This document shows positions 12,223 through 26,019 of a stretch of 64,000 nt of DNA, piece after piece (the stretch's first letter is position 1; every line of letters begins with the position of its first letter). Source of the DNA: Perkinsus chesapeaki ATCC PRA-425 (lineage: Eukaryota; Protista; Perkinsozoa); assembly GCA_013115145.1 (NCBI GenBank), contig JAAPAO010000103.1, positions 12,265 through 76,264 of the forward strand. Direction: 5' to 3'. Made by a program: the position numbers and the translations under genes. Under the pieces are notes generated by a model. It saw only the letters and a list, made by a program, of their open reading frames with translations. It did no database searches and was not told the origin of the DNA.

Positions 12223-13502
12223 TTATGTTTTAACAGTATCACTACTAGCATCCCCTTTCCCTCCCTCTTGTTGTTGTTTTCCTGCCGCTAAGGCAAGTAA
12301 AGTGGTATAGATATCATTAAGAGTAGCATCAAGACAATCACCTAGAATGATAATATTATTATTGCATATCTTATGGTTTATTACGGTTATAATGATCTTC
12401 AAGTTGTTCAAGTATTGTAGTTAACTCATTAAATTGTGATTTCCTATCTTCTAATGACATACCATCACACGGGTCCATATTATCATCACCCTTTTGTTGC
12501 CACCTTGGCTTCTTCTTACCATGTGATGCTGCTGTTGTTGTTGTAGCTTTTGTCTAAATAATAAATAATAAATAATAATAATACTTTAATAATAATATTT
12601 CTACCTCCGCGTGTTTCCTCTTTTCAGCTGATATTGTTGGGCTAAGTACCCTAAGTGCATCTCGTGGTGTATTCTGTTTAACCCCCATTGTTATCGTATA
12701 TAATTTAGTAACCAAATCATTTAATGATGGTATAACTAATTATAACAACATTATAATATTAAATATATTATTATGATTACCTTCGCTATCATCATCTTCA
12801 ACATCATCTGTTTGACCCCAAAATTCAGCATGTAATTTTTCAGCTTTTTTCCTCTGTTCTTCATTTTGATAAGTTGAATCCTTCTCACCTTTATCAACTG
12901 AATCTAACCATGCATCCAAGTTCTCAGCTTGTTCTTCACGACTTTGTACCTATTAACAACAACAACATATTAAACAATAATATTGATCAAGTGATCATAT
13001 CAGATGATGATTAGCATATTAGCATATTACATAAAATCCAGATTCATCAAAATGTCCCTCTTCATTTTCCCTTCTCATATTAAATGGTTCTAATACAATA
13101 CCATCATCAACAGCCATTTCTGGATCATCACTATCAATACCTATAAATAACAATTATTAATAATATATCTACAACAATATTACCCTCATTTTCAGGTATA
13201 TTATCTTTGCTATTATCATTAGGGTCTTCTCCCATTCTAATAGCTCTTCGTTTAGCTCTAGCCATTTCAGCATCACCTTTATCTTCACCACGACCATCCT
13301 TCCTCTATTATTAATATTATATTATTTAAATATTATCATTTATTATAACCTTAACACCCCCTCCTCCTTGTTGCTGCCTTATTGCTTTCTTCAACCATTC
13401 TGGATTAGCTGTTTTATTATCATCTTCTTTTATCTCATCATCTGAATCATCTGAGAATTGTTGTGACTCTATATCACGACGCCTTCGAGTATTATGTGAC
13501 AT
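12223..13502 (-). CDS. CD2BP2: CD2BP2/LIN1 (U5 snRNP 52K) homologue, apparently without GYF domain
   Basis: Spliced exons give GIVLEPFNMRRENEEGHFDESGFY...ENLDAWLDSVD, the conserved PFN..EE..EGHFD..G.Y...D.WLD block of CD2BP2/Lin1; start MSHNTRRRR at 13502. Confidence 0.8.
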
Positions 13503-13728
13503 TATCTATAATGGTACTAGTACATTAGAAACAGCAGCACCAACAACAGCAACAACAATACTATTAACACAAGACAGAGTTATAATAATATGGACAATAA
13601 GAATATGTGACAAATGGTGGTAAATATAACATATGTACATATAAGTGATGATGGTGAGGAAGATGACAAACGATACTACGACATAGGAACTATAATGATG
13701 TTATTAAGCATTAGGAATATAGTCAATA

Positions 13729-15337
13729 CTATAAAACCATTTTGATAGAGGAAGAGGAACTCTTATTCTTCGATTCATTTAATGGTGGTATCTGTAAAGA
13801 TAGTTCATACTGTACTATAACACCATCGTTATTACATATTTCATTTCCTCTGGCATATCCTCCTCTATCCTTTTCCTTATATACATATAAAATGCATTAT
13901 TAGGATCTCTCATCCTTTCTTGATAACATGGTTTTTTAACTATCTCTACTGCTGATCGTACCTTTATAATTATTAATTGCAGCTTGCCGGGATCGAGCCT
14001 GGGTCGTTCGAATGAAAGACTACCTTTTCGAGCATAATAAAACAGAATGATCTTGCTACCAAATCAATAAGCCAATCAGGTACATATGATAAATGAGGAT
14101 CTAGATGTAATATACATTGCATAAACCTATATCATTATATTATATATCATCATTATTAACCCTTATTATTATTACGTTCTACCATTCCCTATTGGTGTTA
14201 ATGTTAAACCACTATTATTGATAATATCACATGGCACAGAGCCTTTATCACATTGTGGTATATCATTTGATGATGCATATGGTTCATATGATGATCCAAC
14301 CTAATAATAACAACCTATACTGCTGCTACTGCTGCTGCCACTCATCATCATTTATTACTTCTGTCTTTAGTAATATAACTATTTGTCGTGGATTATCATG
14401 TGACCCCATACAATCAATACCATCTAATAATAATAATATGTACACGTACATTATCAATGTATATATAACATGGCTTACCAACTGAGAATACTGCCTCTCT
14501 ATTCTGAAATGGCCATGGAATATTAGCTTTAATATGTACTAACATTTGAGTTGGTGTCGGATTTACTATCTAATTATTAATACTGTATTTACTGTATATA
14601 TTATAATATTACCACCTTATTAGCTTGAGCTAAACCTAGTAGCTTAAAGGTTGGTAACCATTGAGTATAAAAGCCAACTTCATTAAGTAATGCTAATAGA
14701 TCAAACATAGGTGAATCTATAGTACCCTCAACTCTTAAAGAATGTACCTTACTATTATATTATTATACATTCATATCAATTATTATTATTACATTAGGTG
14801 ATTCATTATTATGTTGATAAAGTGTTCTTATTCCATTGGCATCTCTTTGTAATACCCATCCATTATCATTACTTAATTCATCTATATATAATATAATATA
14901 TATTAAAGCTACGTGCTATTATTATATACATTATCATTACATCTTATATCCTTCATCCTTTTACTACGTATCCTAGTCCTATTTATTATACCTTTATTAT
15001 CTTTATATTCATCTATTATCTCTTCAGGTATATTACCATTACTAACAACCTCTACATGAGTTAATCTCCTACCTATAACCGTATAACCGTATAATATTGC
15101 ATTATTATTACTACTACTACCTGCTCTAGCTATTCTATCATATTTAATATCATCAAGTAAACTATTAAACTCTATTCTTATATCATTAGTAAATTCATCA
15201 TCATCATATTCATCATCAGTTACACTGCTCCTTGCTGTTGTATAACTAACTTCAGATGGTATAGAAGGACACGATGATGATGATGATGATGTTGAACGTG
15301 TATCATCATCATCTATTGGAGTGGTGATGAATCCCAT
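13729..15337 (-). CDS. START (SRPBCC) lipid-binding domain protein, copy 3
   Basis: Exons with GWVLQRDANGIRTLYQH, LLALLNEVGFYTQWLP, FHGHFRIE-region exon, LHLDPHLSYVPDWLID; paralogous exon structure to the two upstream copies. Confidence 0.82.
13985..14023 (-). pseudogene. tRNA-Glu(UUC)-like fragment (anticodon loop to T-arm) inside a START-gene intron
   Basis: Minus strand gtagtctttcattcgaacgacccaggctcgatcccggc resembles the CTTTCA..CGAACGACCCGGGTTCGA.TCCCGG 3' half of tRNA-Glu; D-arm and acceptor stem absent. Similarity judged from remembered consensus. Confidence 0.5.
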
Positions 15338-15489
15338 GACTTCAACAACTAGATAATACCAAAGTACATAATATGAGCTTCATCAACAAAACATAATATT
15401 ATTAAAACAACACTAAATACTACTAGAAACGAAATGGGTCATAAGACGCCAACACGCGATGATGATAATGATGAATGGGATTTAACTTG

Positions 15490-16952
15490 TTAACTATCCC
15501 TTATAGAAGTATCCAATGGAGGTACCTAAACAATGTACACATTAACATTCAATCTACCTGCAACCCTCCTACTACTATTATTACATATTTCATTTCCTCT
15601 GGCATATCCTCCTCTATCCTTTTCCTTGTATACATATAAAATGCATTATTAGGATCTCTCATTCGTTCTTGATAACATGGTTTTTTAACTATCTCTACTG
15701 CTGATCGTACCTTTATAATTATTACATTAATTGGTAGTATTATTATTACTACCTGTTGTAATAATAAATAACAGAAGTTACGTGCTGCTATATCAATTAA
15801 CCATTCTGGTACTAATGAAATATGAGGATCTATATGTAAAACAACTTGCATAAATCTATATAACATATATTAGATATATAATTAATAATAATATTATTAC
15901 GTCATTCCATTCCCCAATGGTGTTAATGTTGCACCACTATTATCATTTATATTACATGTAGTAGACCTTTTACTTTTAATAGGCATATCCAATTCTGATA
16001 CATATGGCTCATAGGATGATCCAGACTAATAATAATAATATTAATAACATAATAATAATAAACATATTATACAAACTACTACCTCTGACTTTAATAAAAT
16101 TACTATTTGACGTGGATTCTCATATGGTCCAATACAATCTATACCATCTACTAATTAGTATATCCTTATTATATAGTATATATTATTACCAACAGATATA
16201 ACTAAATCCCTATTATTAAATGGCCATGGTAATGCTGCTACTATATGAAATAACATTTGTGTTGCTTTTGGTTGAGCTACTCTTTTAGATTGTATAATAC
16301 CAAGATATTTATAACTAGGTATCCAATTAGTATAGAAATCAACTTCACTTAATAGTGCCATTAGATCATATAATGGACATTCTATATTACCTTCTATACG
16401 AAGTGAATGTACCTTATATAATACTCTATATAGGATAATGATAATAATAATATTACATTAGGTGAATCATTATTATGTCTATAATATGTTTTTATACCAT
16501 TATTATCCCTCTGTAATTTCCATTCATTATCATTATTAAGTGTATCTATATAATACCTAGTATATATGATAATGCAAACCACCACCTCTAACATTTTGCA
16601 TACGATTAGCTCTCTTTTCCATTAACTTTATTAATTCATAATTATTATTCCATTTATTTAATATATCACTAGGCATATCGTTTACACTACATAGATTTCT
16701 TATATGTTTTAATCTACGACCTAATACAATATTAACATTATAATATCTTTATACCCTACTATTACTACCAGCTTTAGCCACTTTATCTTCTTCTATATCT
16801 TTTAATAATTTATCCACTTCCATATATATATCATGACTAAATTCATCGATATCGGTTATATTGCTCCATGCTGTTGTATAACTACTACTTTCTGATACTG
16901 TATCTGATGATGATGATACTGATGTTGGATATGGTTGGTAATATAAAACCAT
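15490..16952 (-). CDS. START domain protein, copy 2
   Basis: ALLSEVDFYTNWIPSYKYLG...ALPWPFNNRDLVI, LHIDPHISLVPEWLID; stop TAA at 15490-15492; start inferred. Confidence 0.82.
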
Positions 16953-17093
16953 AATGAAACCTGATATCAAGGACTTGATATTTATAATGTATATAACACA
17001 ACAATAAGTTGAATGACAGTAATGCCTCCTCTGAACCAAACACGATAACACGAAAAACAGCCTTGGTAATAATAAGAGTATACTACTAAGTAC

Positions 17094-18546
17094 TTATATA
17101 CATTTCCAACCATCAGCTGGTGGCACCTAAACCCATGACACCACAAAATCACTATAGAAACTCAAGATGACAATGATATTATTACATATATCATTTCCTC
17201 TGGCATATCCTCCTCTATCCTTTTCCTTATATACATATAAAATGCATTATTAGGATCTCTCATTCGTTCTTGATAACATGGTTTTTTAACTATCTCTACC
17301 GCTGATCGTACCTTTATAATTATTACTAATAATATTAATATATAATAATAACCAACCTTAGCTAGTATCATATAACACATATTCCTTACTACTAAATCTA
17401 ATAACCATGCTGGTATATATGATATATGAGGATCTAAATGCTCAACTATTTGAACATATCTAACAACAATATCATTAATAATATTATCAACTTATCGACA
17501 CATGTATTACGTTTTTCCATTATCATAAGGGGTACACACTATACCACTTGGTTCCAATATATCACATACTACTGCACCTTTATCAGGTAATGGCATATCA
17601 TCAGCTTTAACTAATGGCTCATATGAATTACCAGACTAATAATAATAAATTATTATAAACAACAACAATAAATAAGAGTAATACTAACTTCTGATTTTAA
17701 TAATATAATTAATTGTCTAGGATCCTCCTCTTTACCAATACAATCTATGGCATCTACAATATAATAATGTATATCATTATATCATTATTAGTTATTATTA
17801 TTATTACCAACTGAAAATAAACAATCTCTATTAGCTATTGGCCATGGTACAGATACTTTTAAATGATTCAACATTTGTGTAGCTCTAGGATTAACAACCT
17901 ATTAATACTTATTGTATATATGATTAACAGGGACCTTTAACTACCTTTTCTGCCATAGTTAAACCTAAATATTTATAACTAGGTATCCATTGTGGATAAT
18001 ATTCAACTTCATTTAATAAGGCTAATAAATCAAATACTGGACAATCAACCATACCTTCAATTCGAAGACAATGTATCTATTTAATATTATAATTAATAAT
18101 ATATATATAACATTACATGTGGTGTTAATGGATCATGTTTATACATAGTTTTAATGCCATTTGAATCTCTTTGTAATTCCCAACCATCTGTATTACTTAA
18201 CGCACCTATGTCATCATCATCATAATATTATAAGATATAAACCTTAATATTACCTCTAACCATTTCCATTTTATCTAGACGTTTTTTAGCATTACTAATA
18301 CTTTCAGAGTGTTCTATGAATCTATCTAGTAATGCTTTATCCCATTTATTCTTATAAGATTCCAAATAGGTTAATCTACGGCCTACTGATCAATAACCTA
18401 CTACTACTCATTTTACTATTACCAACTTTTCCTATTTTATCCATTTCAATATCATTTATCATCTTATCAAACTCTAACATGAGGTCATCATCATCATTGT
18501 CACTAGCCGTAGTTGCCGGCGATATCCATTTATTATCATATGCCAT
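17094..18546 (-). CDS. START domain protein, copy 1
   Basis: DGWELQRDSNGIKTMYKH, CLRIEGMVDCPVFDLLALLNEVEYYPQWIP, VSVPWPIANRDC; stop TAA at 17094-17096; start inferred. Confidence 0.82.
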
Positions 18547-18678
18547 AACGCAACTGGAGAACAACAACAACAAGGAAGAGGTAGTGATTTTTTAAAATGT
18601 AAAACATGAAACGCTTCGCTCCGCTGTTCGATGCGACTTTTTGTCTATGTTGAAGTTGCTTGTTTGAGTTTTACTAGT
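18547..18678. promoter_or_regulatory. Divergent junction 1 containing GC-rich motif gcttcgctccgct (18613-18625)
   Basis: Head-to-head spacer; the motif recurs exactly as reverse complement at 57066-57078. Promoter role is inference. Confidence 0.5.
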
Positions 18679-20669
18679 ATGACAGATTCATCAACATCGC
18701 CATCAGTTAGGATGCCACCTGGATATGGTAATCCTGGACGTGCTGGTGGGTTTAATAATGTAATAATAGTTATATATTATATAGTATATTATTAAATTAG
18801 ATGGGGGATCCAAGTGAAGCAAGTAGACTTCTAGATGGATGTCATCAAATAATGGTTGCTATGTCTAGTCCTGCTATATTTGAAAATTCAAAAGAGAAAG
18901 CATTTCAAGTAATAGCTAGAGGTGTCAGAATACATATTATTAATACCGTTAGACATTTCGTAGAGGTTGCCTTGATTTAAAAAAGGATATTTCGGCAACC
19001 GAAGGGCTTGAAAGTGACAAAATTGATGGTAATAGATAATATATAAATAATAGTATAATAATATATTAATATTAGATTGGATGATTGAGAATTGTTGGTT
19101 ATTCTTATTTGAATTAGCAAAGTCTAGATTACGAAGGAAACATATATTAGAATGTATGGAAATATTATGTACCAGTGATAGATGGAAAAAGGTAATAATA
19201 TTTAATATAGGATAAGTATAGTGATTATGATAATTATGATGATAGATGTTGGATGATAATGATAGAATAAGGGATAAACTAGGAGAATTAGATGATTCAT
19301 TTATACAAACTGTTGTATCTGAATTTCATGTTAAGCCATTACCACCAAAACCACAACCACAACCTAAAACTAAATGTAATAATAATAAAAGGAGGCAGCA
19401 TATAATACTTATTATTAATATCAGCAAATATAAGACGTGGTAATCGTAATAATAAATGGGAAACTGGATCAGCAGTTGCTACTGGTAATAATAACCATTG
19501 ATATTAACCATTAACAAGAACAAGAAGAAGAAGTGTGCTGCTGCTTCTTTTTCTGTAGTGAGTAAACCTATACTACCATCTACACCCGTATTAACAACAT
19601 CATCATTAAATCGTGCTAGAAGTGCAAGTTTAGGCTCACTCAATGTAATACTAATATTTATCATGAACTTTATTAATATTATGTTAGATTGATAATAATA
19701 ATGATGGGGCGAAAGTTGGTAATGAGGCTGCTGCTGCTGCTGTTGGTACTATTACAGGTAATGATATACTATATTAAATATAAATAATAGATATATTATA
19801 GATGGAGTAGTAGCAGGTAATGGTGGTGATACTCAATCATCACATGGTTCATGGTCAATAGAAGAAGTAGATGATGATGATGATGATGCTTTACTCAATA
19901 ATAATCATCATCAAGGAGGTAGTACTATATTTATATTATAAATAATAATAGGCATTAGGACATAATACAGAACAGCTGCAACCTGCAACAGTAGGAAATA
20001 CTCAACTACCTAAACAAAATAAACAACAAGCTAGTTTAAATAAGAAAACATCAGTTATTATAATAGATAAATCAAGGACTCGTAGTGGTACATGTTCATC
20101 AAAGCATAGTATGATACCTGATGATAATGATGATGATTTATCACCTGCAGCAGCAGTGTCTAGTGGGATAGCAAGTCCTAGTGCGGTAGTAGCTAATAGT
20201 ATTGTTGATACTAATCCATTCCGCAACCCTAAACTATTTGAAGATGATAATAATATAACAGATGAAGATGATAATATTAGTATTGATGAATGGTGGAATA
20301 CACCACCACCACCATCAACAACAGACCCTGCTGCTCCACAACAACCAGCAGCAGCACCAACAACAGCAGGAGGAGCAGGAGCAGGAGCAGGAGGCAGATG
20401 TACAGTATTAAAGGGTAATATAATAATAGGGTGGTTTTATGATATTATAATAGATAATAATACAGTGGAGATAGAGGCATTACAAAAACAACAAGAAATG
20501 ATACTTAAGCAGCAACAAGAGTTAATGAAGGCTATACAGTTATTAAGTATGAATGAAGGAGGGGAGATAACAGGACCAGGACGTGGATTAGAGGGTAATT
20601 ATGGATACAGGGTAATAATAATATTGATATTGATTGGTATTAATTATAATGTATTTTCAGATGTATTAA
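18679..20669 (+). CDS. Hypothetical protein: helical N-terminal domain plus low-complexity C-terminus
   Basis: In-frame spliced exons MTDSSTSP...MGDPSEASRLLDGCHQIMVAMSS...DWMIENCWLFLFELAKSRLRRKHILECMEIL...; 3' end inferred (ATG TAT TAA after ttcag). Confidence 0.6.
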
Positions 20670-20796
20670 TAATAATGAGGTTTCTTATTCATTATGTTAC
20701 TGTTATTATTGAATACTAACATTACAACATTACTACTTTTTACAATACTCATTATTGTTGATTTTATTAGTAAATAATATATTACAGTTATTAATC

Positions 20797-23700
20797 ATGT
20801 CTAACAAGAATCATATTACTACTACAACTACTACATTATCAAATTTATCATCACCTGCTCATCATCATAATCATCATGAGCCATTTATATCATCATCTGC
20901 ATGTATACGTGCTGAAAGATTATACCGTATAATATGTAGAAGGCTCGGTCATAGCGTGGATGGTGATGTTGATGAGGCTATAGCTAGGGATCTTAGATTT
21001 AATGGTGCACTAGTTGTTGATTTGGATTTATCTAAAAAAGAGATATTAAATTCTATAATTGGCTTATTAAAAGAAGCACCTACTATATATCAATTATTAT
21101 TATATTCTGGTACATACTTTTTTGGTAATCAACCAGCTTATAAAGATCAAGTTAAAAGTTTAAGAAGAAGGTTAAAGTAATAATAAAGGGTTATGGGTTA
21201 TAAAATAGTAAGATAAGGGTTGTTATTATTAGATATAATATACTTACTGAAACCGATTTAATAAGACAATTAATACAATCAGTATCAATATATCTACAAT
21301 CAAGTATACTTAATAATAATGTATTAGTAATTGATTTAACTGGTGTACCATTAAAACCTATAACATCATCTACCAATAATACATTATCATCTAATAATAG
21401 TATGGGACATTTAACAGGGACACTCCGTACAACATTATGGAAGAGTAGTGGTCCATTAGAAGATTTATTACATGCATTAAAGTCATGTAAAAAATTACAA
21501 AGATTATCATTGGCTAATTGCCAGTTATCTGATAAAGGTTTACAACTATTAGCACCAATAATAGGCAAAGATCTACCTAAACTTGATACATTATGTATAG
21601 CTAAGAATAGATTAATAAGGCCAGCTAGAGCATTAAGAAGAATGTTTAATTTAAGAGAAGTTAGTATATCGAATAATAAGGCAACAAGAGCATTAATATT
21701 ATTGGATATAGGGAGGAATCCACTTGGATGTGGTGAATATAATGATTATAATAGACTACAATTAACACTTATGGAATGGTGTGGGTTAATGGATAATAAT
21801 AATAATAATCATCATCATGGCTTGGAGATACTTAAGATAAATGGATGTAGATTGGAGAGGATTGATATTATTATACAATCTTTGAAAAATATATTAATAA
21901 AAGGAAAAGATAAAGAGAATAGTAATAGAGTAGTATTGTTATTACTATAGTCTATATTATTATTAGGTAATACTTGTTATACATTACCGCGTATAAAGGA
22001 AATTAATATTAATAATAATCCATCATTGACTGATGTATTCAAAGATATTATAATAATAATACTACTACCAGTACAGTTTGTTATTATTATTAGGGTACTC
22101 AAACTGAACTCGATAAATTATTATCTGATATATCACAATTACGAGGAGGAGGGGATTTGGATATCAATAATAATGATAAGTACTATTAGTATTACTATCT
22201 ACGGTTCACTATTATATTCTATATTATTATTAGCATGCCCTCTTCCTCATCCTCTTCATCATCATCAACATCATATAGGGGGGTATATGATAATATAAGC
22301 ACACCTACTCATAATAAAGTATGGTATATACCATTAACAACTAGATCATTAGATAATACTTATCATCGTATACAGTATAATAAGGAAAAAGAAGACGAAG
22401 AAGAAGAGTAATAGTATTATAACAACATTATTAATAATAACTTATTATTAGATATCATTGTATTATAAGAGATGCAATAAGTGAAGGATATAGTGATAAT
22501 AATGATGAAGATGAAGATGGTGGTGATGGTAATTCAAGGGAATTGTTTAAATATAAATATAATGAATATCTTAATAATATTAAACGTCTTATGGATATAA
22601 AGTAGTGGTAGGGGTATTATCAATTATTATATAATTATTCCTAGATATCCACATATTAATAATAATACAGATAATGATGATGATTATACAAATAATAATA
22701 ATAATAATAGTAGGCCAGTAGTACTTGAGGATGAGAGGATAGTATCATCATCATTACATTACCGTAACAGCTATAATGATATAATGAACTCAAGCTTTGG
22801 GTATAATAATAATAATGAATTGATTAATAAGAATAATAATGATATGCTTCATGGTCTTGGTCATGGTGGTGAGGGTGGTGAGGGTGAGGGTTGTTTATTT
22901 ACTCCGAGAGAAGGTAGTAATAATAATAAAACAAAGAATGGAGAACATGGAGATGATGATGATGATTTGGTAATGTGGTTACCAAAAGGTGCATTATTAT
23001 TATAATTCGCTCAATAATGTATATATGTTATTAGTTATCATTATGCATATTAATAATAATGTTAGTTCTATAATATCATCAATGACATTATCATCATCAC
23101 CACCACCATCACGGGGATTGGATATTATTATAAATGATGATATATTATCAGTTGATAATAACAATTGTCATTTTATTACCCCAAAGAACACTAATAACAA
23201 CAACAACGACAACAACAACAACAACAACAACAACAGTGCTTCAAGAATAATACATCCTAATTCCAATACATCCCATAACACCACCATCATCACTGATAGC
23301 AGTTGTTGTAGTTGTTGCTCCCCTATCCCTACTACTACTAAGAATAGGAGGCATATGTCATCATCATCATCATGTTCTTCTTCACCATCAACTATATGGC
23401 CATGGAAGGTAGTAGTATTAGATACTGTTATGTAGTATGAATATTATGATATATTATTAGACGGGATTAGCATTTCATAATAATACATCATTATTACGCT
23501 CATCCCCTACTCCATCACCATCATCGATAGGACATAACTTGAAGGAGGCTGATGATGAGTATTGTACAAGTACACCAACCTCATCATCATCACCATCATC
23601 ATCATCATTACTACCTTCACCTCATACCAAGCTATTATTAAAGAATGCTACTGATAGAGTAATAATATAACAGCAGCAGCACCATCATCAAACACTAGTA

Positions 23701-24788
23701 TTATTAGATAACAAATGATTATATGATATTATTAAAGGTGGCATCATCATCATCAGATAATGGTGGTAGTAGTGGTACATTACTACCCCCACTAGTTGTG
23801 AATTCTGGTTTAACTAATAATAATCCAATAGTAAAGAGGAGTAGATCTTGGAGAGTTGAAGCATTATATGATACTAATGTACAGAAAGTATTGGATAAAA
23901 TGAAGATAAGGCAGAATGAATATCATAGAAAGTTAGAAGATGCAATAAATAAAAGAAAAGGGTTATTAAATGATATAACAAGTGATAAGTTAAATGCTAT
24001 ACTACGACAATTAAATGCATTAAGTGATAAAGTAGAAGAGGCAAGTATTATGATTGATGAAAGATGGAAAGATAGGATAAGATGGCAAAAGCAGAAGAGA
24101 CAGGATACAGCAATAGCGAAGGCAAGTAGGAAAAGGAAGATAGCTTTTCAAAAAGGAGGAATACTCAATAACCCTAATAATACAAAGTTGGAATCTGTAA
24201 TAGAAGATAGTAGTAGTGATATAATATATAATGATAATATAAAATATATGATAGCAAATAATGATGATTATATAATTAATACACAATCATTATTATCATT
24301 ATCAGGTAGTATGGTGGTAAATTATAGTTAATACAATTAATTATTATTTTAGATGACCATTGGAGTTACTTTGAACAGTATCTACGACTTGATAATGATA
24401 ATGCTACTACTACTGAGGGTGGTAGTAGTAATAATAATAATACAGCAGCAGCACCTGGTGGTGGTAATAATGGTAGTAATAAGATGGATATTAGAAGAAG
24501 AAGGTTATCTGCCTTGGCTAACTGTCTTATGGATTTACATAAAAGGGCTATAAATAGAATAGAAAGTATAGGGGGATGTAATGAGGCTATATTAATGTTG
24601 ATGGAAGATGATAATAACAATGAGAATGGCAATGATGATAGTAGTAGTAAGGATATAGGAAGTAGGATGTTAATAACCATTTAGATGATAATAATAATTA
24701 TAATGAAGATGATGATGATGGTGATGAATTATATTATGATGATGATGGTAATAACAATAATAATATGAAATAGTTCTTCTTCTTCTTC

Positions 24789-24844
<56 letters not shown>

Positions 24845-25716
24845 AGAGAATGAAGAAGTATTGAGTAAGTATTGTGAAGTACTTGTATTAGCATCACAAC
24901 GTATGCATATATTATTATGTATTATGAAAGCATTAGCTTGGGAAAAGAGGATGAGAAGGTAATAATAATAAAGAGAAGGAGAAAAAGAAGAAGAGGGATA
25001 TTATTAATAGTCTACCACCTTATGGCTCATCTAACAACAACAATATACTATATGATAGATCAATAGGAATATCATTTGAAGATCATATTTATAAATGGTT
25101 TGATACTGAATTACAAATAGCTAAAGCATCTGCTCAAGAATACTCTCATATATGTGTTGATCATGTAAGTGTTGTTGTATCCCTTAACCCGGATATTATA
25201 GAACTACTACTTACTATTATTATTGATAATCAGATACATGATTTATTAACATCAATTGATAATACATATAGCAGCCCCCTTCCACGGAGATTATTACAAA
25301 ATGTTGAATCATCTGCTCAAGCTTATAGTCATCATCTTAATGCTTTAACACAATTCTTGGATAACTCAGATGCCCCTATTGGTGAAGAGGGTTTACCATT
25401 ACTTTGGTTATTACATGAATTAGAACAATTTAAACTGAATTCATCAATAAAAATAAAGCAGCATATAGGTGAAGATATTAAAAGATCATGTGCTTTAATA
25501 AGGCTAATATTATTATTAATACCATCTGGGGAATATCGATATCATAATCACCGATATAATAATAATAAAGGAGTATTAAAGGGTACACCAAGTATAATAA
25601 CGTATCCACATAGTGGTACTCTAATAGAAGGAAGGAAAAAAGGATATTATAATGAAGATTATGATGATGATGATAAGGAGAATTGTATAGATAATAATAT
25701 TATGAGAATATCATAA
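20797..25716 (+). CDS. Large protein with N-terminal RNI-like LRRs, then low-complexity and coiled-coil regions; may be more than one gene
   Basis: LKSCKKLQRLSLANCQLSDKGLQLLA, LDTLCIAKNRL, LILLDIGRNPLG; coiled coil at 23.7-24.3 kb; successive same-strand exons to stop at 25716. Boundaries uncertain. Confidence 0.55.
24774..24844 (+). repeat. Compound (TTC)n(GTT)n microsatellite at an intron 3' end
   Basis: Directly visible; ends in tgttag acceptor at 24846. Confidence 0.9.
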
Positions 25717-26019
25717 TAATGTTCACAATATTTACTAGTATGTGCATTTAATTAATTTAACAACATTTATCATAATGTAAACTACTACTACTAGTATTAT
25801 TATTATTATTACCGTTAATTACGGTATGAGTTGACTTAACATCATCATTAGTAGTATTAGTAGTAGCTGTAGTATAACAACATTATTATTGTTATATTAT
25901 CTCCTCCTTTTTCTGCTATATGCTGCTGCTGCATGATGTCATTATATCCCCCATTATAAATTGATGTATTGGGTTTATTAATAATATATATTAATTAAGA
26001 CTTATACTTTATTATTATT

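Noticed and set aside
13985-14023. Functional tRNA gene
   Set aside because: No acceptor stem or D-arm; kept only as a relic.
21191-21568. 125-aa minus ORF, and similar ORFs at 3380-3595, 29659-29967, 39801-40097 and 48167-48616
   Set aside because: Antisense shadows of well-supported genes on the opposite strand.
20797-21950. Naming the LRR protein CEP78
   Set aside because: The architecture is compatible but no diagnostic motif could be verified by eye; symbol withheld.
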